From an uncultured Parachlamydiaceae bacterium (GTDB lineage: Bacteria > Chlamydiota > Chlamydiia > Chlamydiales > Parachlamydiaceae), in contig CAVVXH010000011.1 of assembly GCA_963752155.1 (NCBI GenBank), forward strand, positions 224,001 through 288,000: a stretch of 64,000 bases of DNA, written 5' to 3'. The stretch's first letter is position 1. Every line of letters begins with the position of its first letter. A program made the translations under genes and the position numbers. Shown piece after piece: positions 62,069 through 64,000 of the stretch. The notes beneath the pieces were generated by a model. That model saw only the letters and a list, made by a program, of their open reading frames with translations, had not been told where the DNA came from and ran no database searches.

Positions 62069-62452
62069 CTAAAACTGCTCTTTTTTAATTGCACGCCAAT
62101 TTAATTCATTTTGCTTTTCTCTAGTTTTGAGTAAAACTTCTATTCCCTGATTATTGGCTGCTTTTATCCGATCACATTGCTTTTCTGTAGCTCTATTGAA
62201 TTGATCGTAGTTGGAAATCATTTCTTGATGTGTCATATGATGTAAATCAGAATACAAGGAAACCAATTCTTCTTTCTCTTGAGTAGATTTGCCTTTCATT
62301 TCTTGCAATAGTTGTTGTTGGGTATTGAGAAATTGTGACATAACATCATCCGAAGTCTGTTGCAAACACTGTAAAGATCGTTCTCTTGCATTAAGTAGTG
62401 TTTGTGCTTCTTGGCTAAATATCTCACCGATTAGCGGTAAAACGGGATTCAT
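62069..62452 (-). CDS. Short helical protein (array member)
   Basis: Start MNPVLP after AAGGAG; TQQQLLQEMKG motif shared with neighbours. Confidence 0.75.
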   Translation of the reverse strand: MNPVLPLIGEIFSQEAQTLLNARERSLQCLQQTSDDVMSQFLNTQQQLLQEMKGKSTQEKEELVSLYSDLHHMTHQEMISNYDQFNRATEKQCDRIKAANNQGIEVLLKTREKQNELNWRAIKKEQF

Positions 62453-62463
62453 AAAATCTCCTT

Positions 62464-63639
62464 TCATTGGTTATGAAAATTTCTTATGTTCTCTCGGATT
62501 TTTTCAATTTCTTCTTCATAGTTTCTCTCAAAGATCTGGTGTTGATAAGCAAGCGATCTTTTTTGCATTTCTATAGCAAAAAGCTCATTTAACTTTTTTC
62601 TTTCAAATGCTTTTGCTTCTTGGCTCTGAGAAAATCTTTGCTCATTTTTTTTGTGATCTAATTCGTTGAACTTAAGTAACTGTAAAATTTTCTGTCCTTC
62701 CTCTGTAAGTTTGATTTTGTGGAAGACAACAGCCATCTCAAGTTCAGCTGATGATGCTTCATTCAGCAAGAAGATTTTTTCTTTTAATAACCCAAGATGT
62801 TGTATGCGAATTGCAAAGATCAAATTGAGAGTTTCTTGATACTTTCTTAATTGGGTATTAAATTGTAATAGATCGAGCTTAAGGGCATATTCTGCAGTCT
62901 GTAAGTAAAATTCAGCAAGTTCTTTTTCCGCTTGGATCAAAAATTCAGCACCATTTTCTCTTTCCAGGTTTCTTTCGCGTTTATTTAAAATATTATCACT
63001 AGCTTGGAGCAAATGATCGACATATTGGTTTTGAGCTGACCTGTATTGTATTTTAAATAAACGGATCTGTTCTTGAATCCATTCATTGAAATGGAAATTC
63101 GGATTCGGAAATTTTTGTCTTAATTGAACTGCTTCCTCTTCAAGCCATTGGTAAACTTCTAAATCTTTAGATGGATCATATGGTATCAATTCCATTCCCA
63201 ACGACTCAATTTCTAGTTGATGTACTTCAACAATACTCATTTGCTCCAAAACAGCACATTGTTTTGTATGGATAGAAGAACCCAAATTCATTTCATGCTG
63301 TACTCTTTGTTTTTCAGCATTCATTTTTACTTGAATGATGCCACTATCAATATCAGAAGTAGAGACTATTTTCTCAAAAGTTTGTTGGTTTGATTCCATG
63401 GCTTTTTTAAAAACCGGCAGAGCTTTTTTTAAAGCTTCAAGTTTTTTGCCTTGCATTTGTTGGAGAATTGCTTGATGAGTAGTACTAACAGACCTTTGAT
63501 GTATTTCTAAATCTTTAGATAGGCTATCTCGCTGACTTTTTGCAATACCATCAATCGCTCTGGTATCGATTGAAGTATTGGGATTTCCCCTATAAAGCAA
63601 AACTGATGAATCAACAACACTTAAAGTACTAACTGACAT
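62464..63639 (-). CDS. Coiled-coil protein carrying both array motifs
   Basis: GAGGT RBS; THQAILQQMQG and LIFAIR...ELEM...KLTEEGQK blocks. Confidence 0.78.
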   Translation of the reverse strand: MSVSTLSVVDSSVLLYRGNPNTSIDTRAIDGIAKSQRDSLSKDLEIHQRSVSTTHQAILQQMQGKKLEALKKALPVFKKAMESNQQTFEKIVSTSDIDSGIIQVKMNAEKQRVQHEMNLGSSIHTKQCAVLEQMSIVEVHQLEIESLGMELIPYDPSKDLEVYQWLEEEAVQLRQKFPNPNFHFNEWIQEQIRLFKIQYRSAQNQYVDHLLQASDNILNKRERNLERENGAEFLIQAEKELAEFYLQTAEYALKLDLLQFNTQLRKYQETLNLIFAIRIQHLGLLKEKIFLLNEASSAELEMAVVFHKIKLTEEGQKILQLLKFNELDHKKNEQRFSQSQEAKAFERKKLNELFAIEMQKRSLAYQHQIFERNYEEEIEKIRENIRNFHNQ

Positions 63640-63647
63640 CTTTTACC

Positions 63648-64000
63648 TCAATAAATAGATTCTTCTATTTTTTTCAAAGCCTCTAAAAAATTTACTAAAT
63701 TTTTTGACATTTCCCACTCTTCAAGTAATTTCTGGTACATTTGAATAATAATCTGAGAGTCATGTTCATTAAATTTACCGAGAACAATAAGTTTTTTTTG
63801 AATTGACAATAGAATTTTTTTTATCTCAAAGTTTGGGACTTTGAATATCAATTGTCGATATTCATTCTCAAATGATTGTTTTTGCACTGCATCTTGGTTA
63901 AACTGTTGTGCACGAAGCCGTTGCTTTATTTGATCTTGACGTAGTTCTTCGCGAACAGCAACAACTGCCGCTTTTGCATCTTTTCTAATTTCTTCAAACT
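63648..64000 (-). CDS. Helical protein, 5' end outside the window (probable array member)
   Basis: Frame is open to the window edge: ...FEEIRKDAKAAVVAVREELRQDQIKQRLRAQQFNQDAVQKQSFENEY...; stop lies 8 nt before the next start. Confidence 0.65.
   Translation of the reverse strand, partial: FEEIRKDAKAAVVAVREELRQDQIKQRLRAQQFNQDAVQKQSFENEYRQLIFKVPNFEIKKILLSIQKKLIVLGKFNEHDSQIIIQMYQKLLEEWEMSKNLVNFLEALKKIEESIY

Noticed and set aside
57603..64000. Calling the array lamins, SNAREs, Inc proteins or a secretion apparatus
   Set aside because: There are no diagnostic motifs or clear TM hairpins; coiled coil plus CaaX is only an architectural analogy.

Overview
AT-rich bacterial DNA, most consistent with an environmental (amoeba-associated) member of the Chlamydiae. 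This is inferred from a Cys-rich MOMP-like beta-barrel, LRR and F-box-like effector-type genes, and an Rhs protein with a hydrolase-like tip. Housekeeping and metabolic genes include hisS, argS, fumC, argE, rtcB, mreD, an M32 carboxypeptidase, an amino-acid permease, branched-chain 2-oxoacid dehydrogenase E1a/E1b/E2, wza/wzc-like genes and a priming sugar transferase. These are interspersed with a general-stress gene cluster, an Rhs toxin/immunity pair, gene remnants (vapC, AAA ATPase, GxxExxY, IS256) and many large intergenic palindromes. Two things stand out. (1) At 57.6-64 kb is a tightly packed array of at least 7 related coiled-coil genes, three of which end in eukaryotic CaaX prenylation motifs (CTLF, CILQ, CSIQ). 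(2) Two loci carry inverted pairs of 9-bp microsatellite arrays (AACGATA[A/G][A/G]) that enclose a decayed GxxExxY nuclease gene or an IS256 fragment and share a conserved outer flank. Many +1 frameshifts, eight in essential argS alone, look like sequencing errors rather than pseudogenes. All product calls come from motif recognition by eye; no database search was run.
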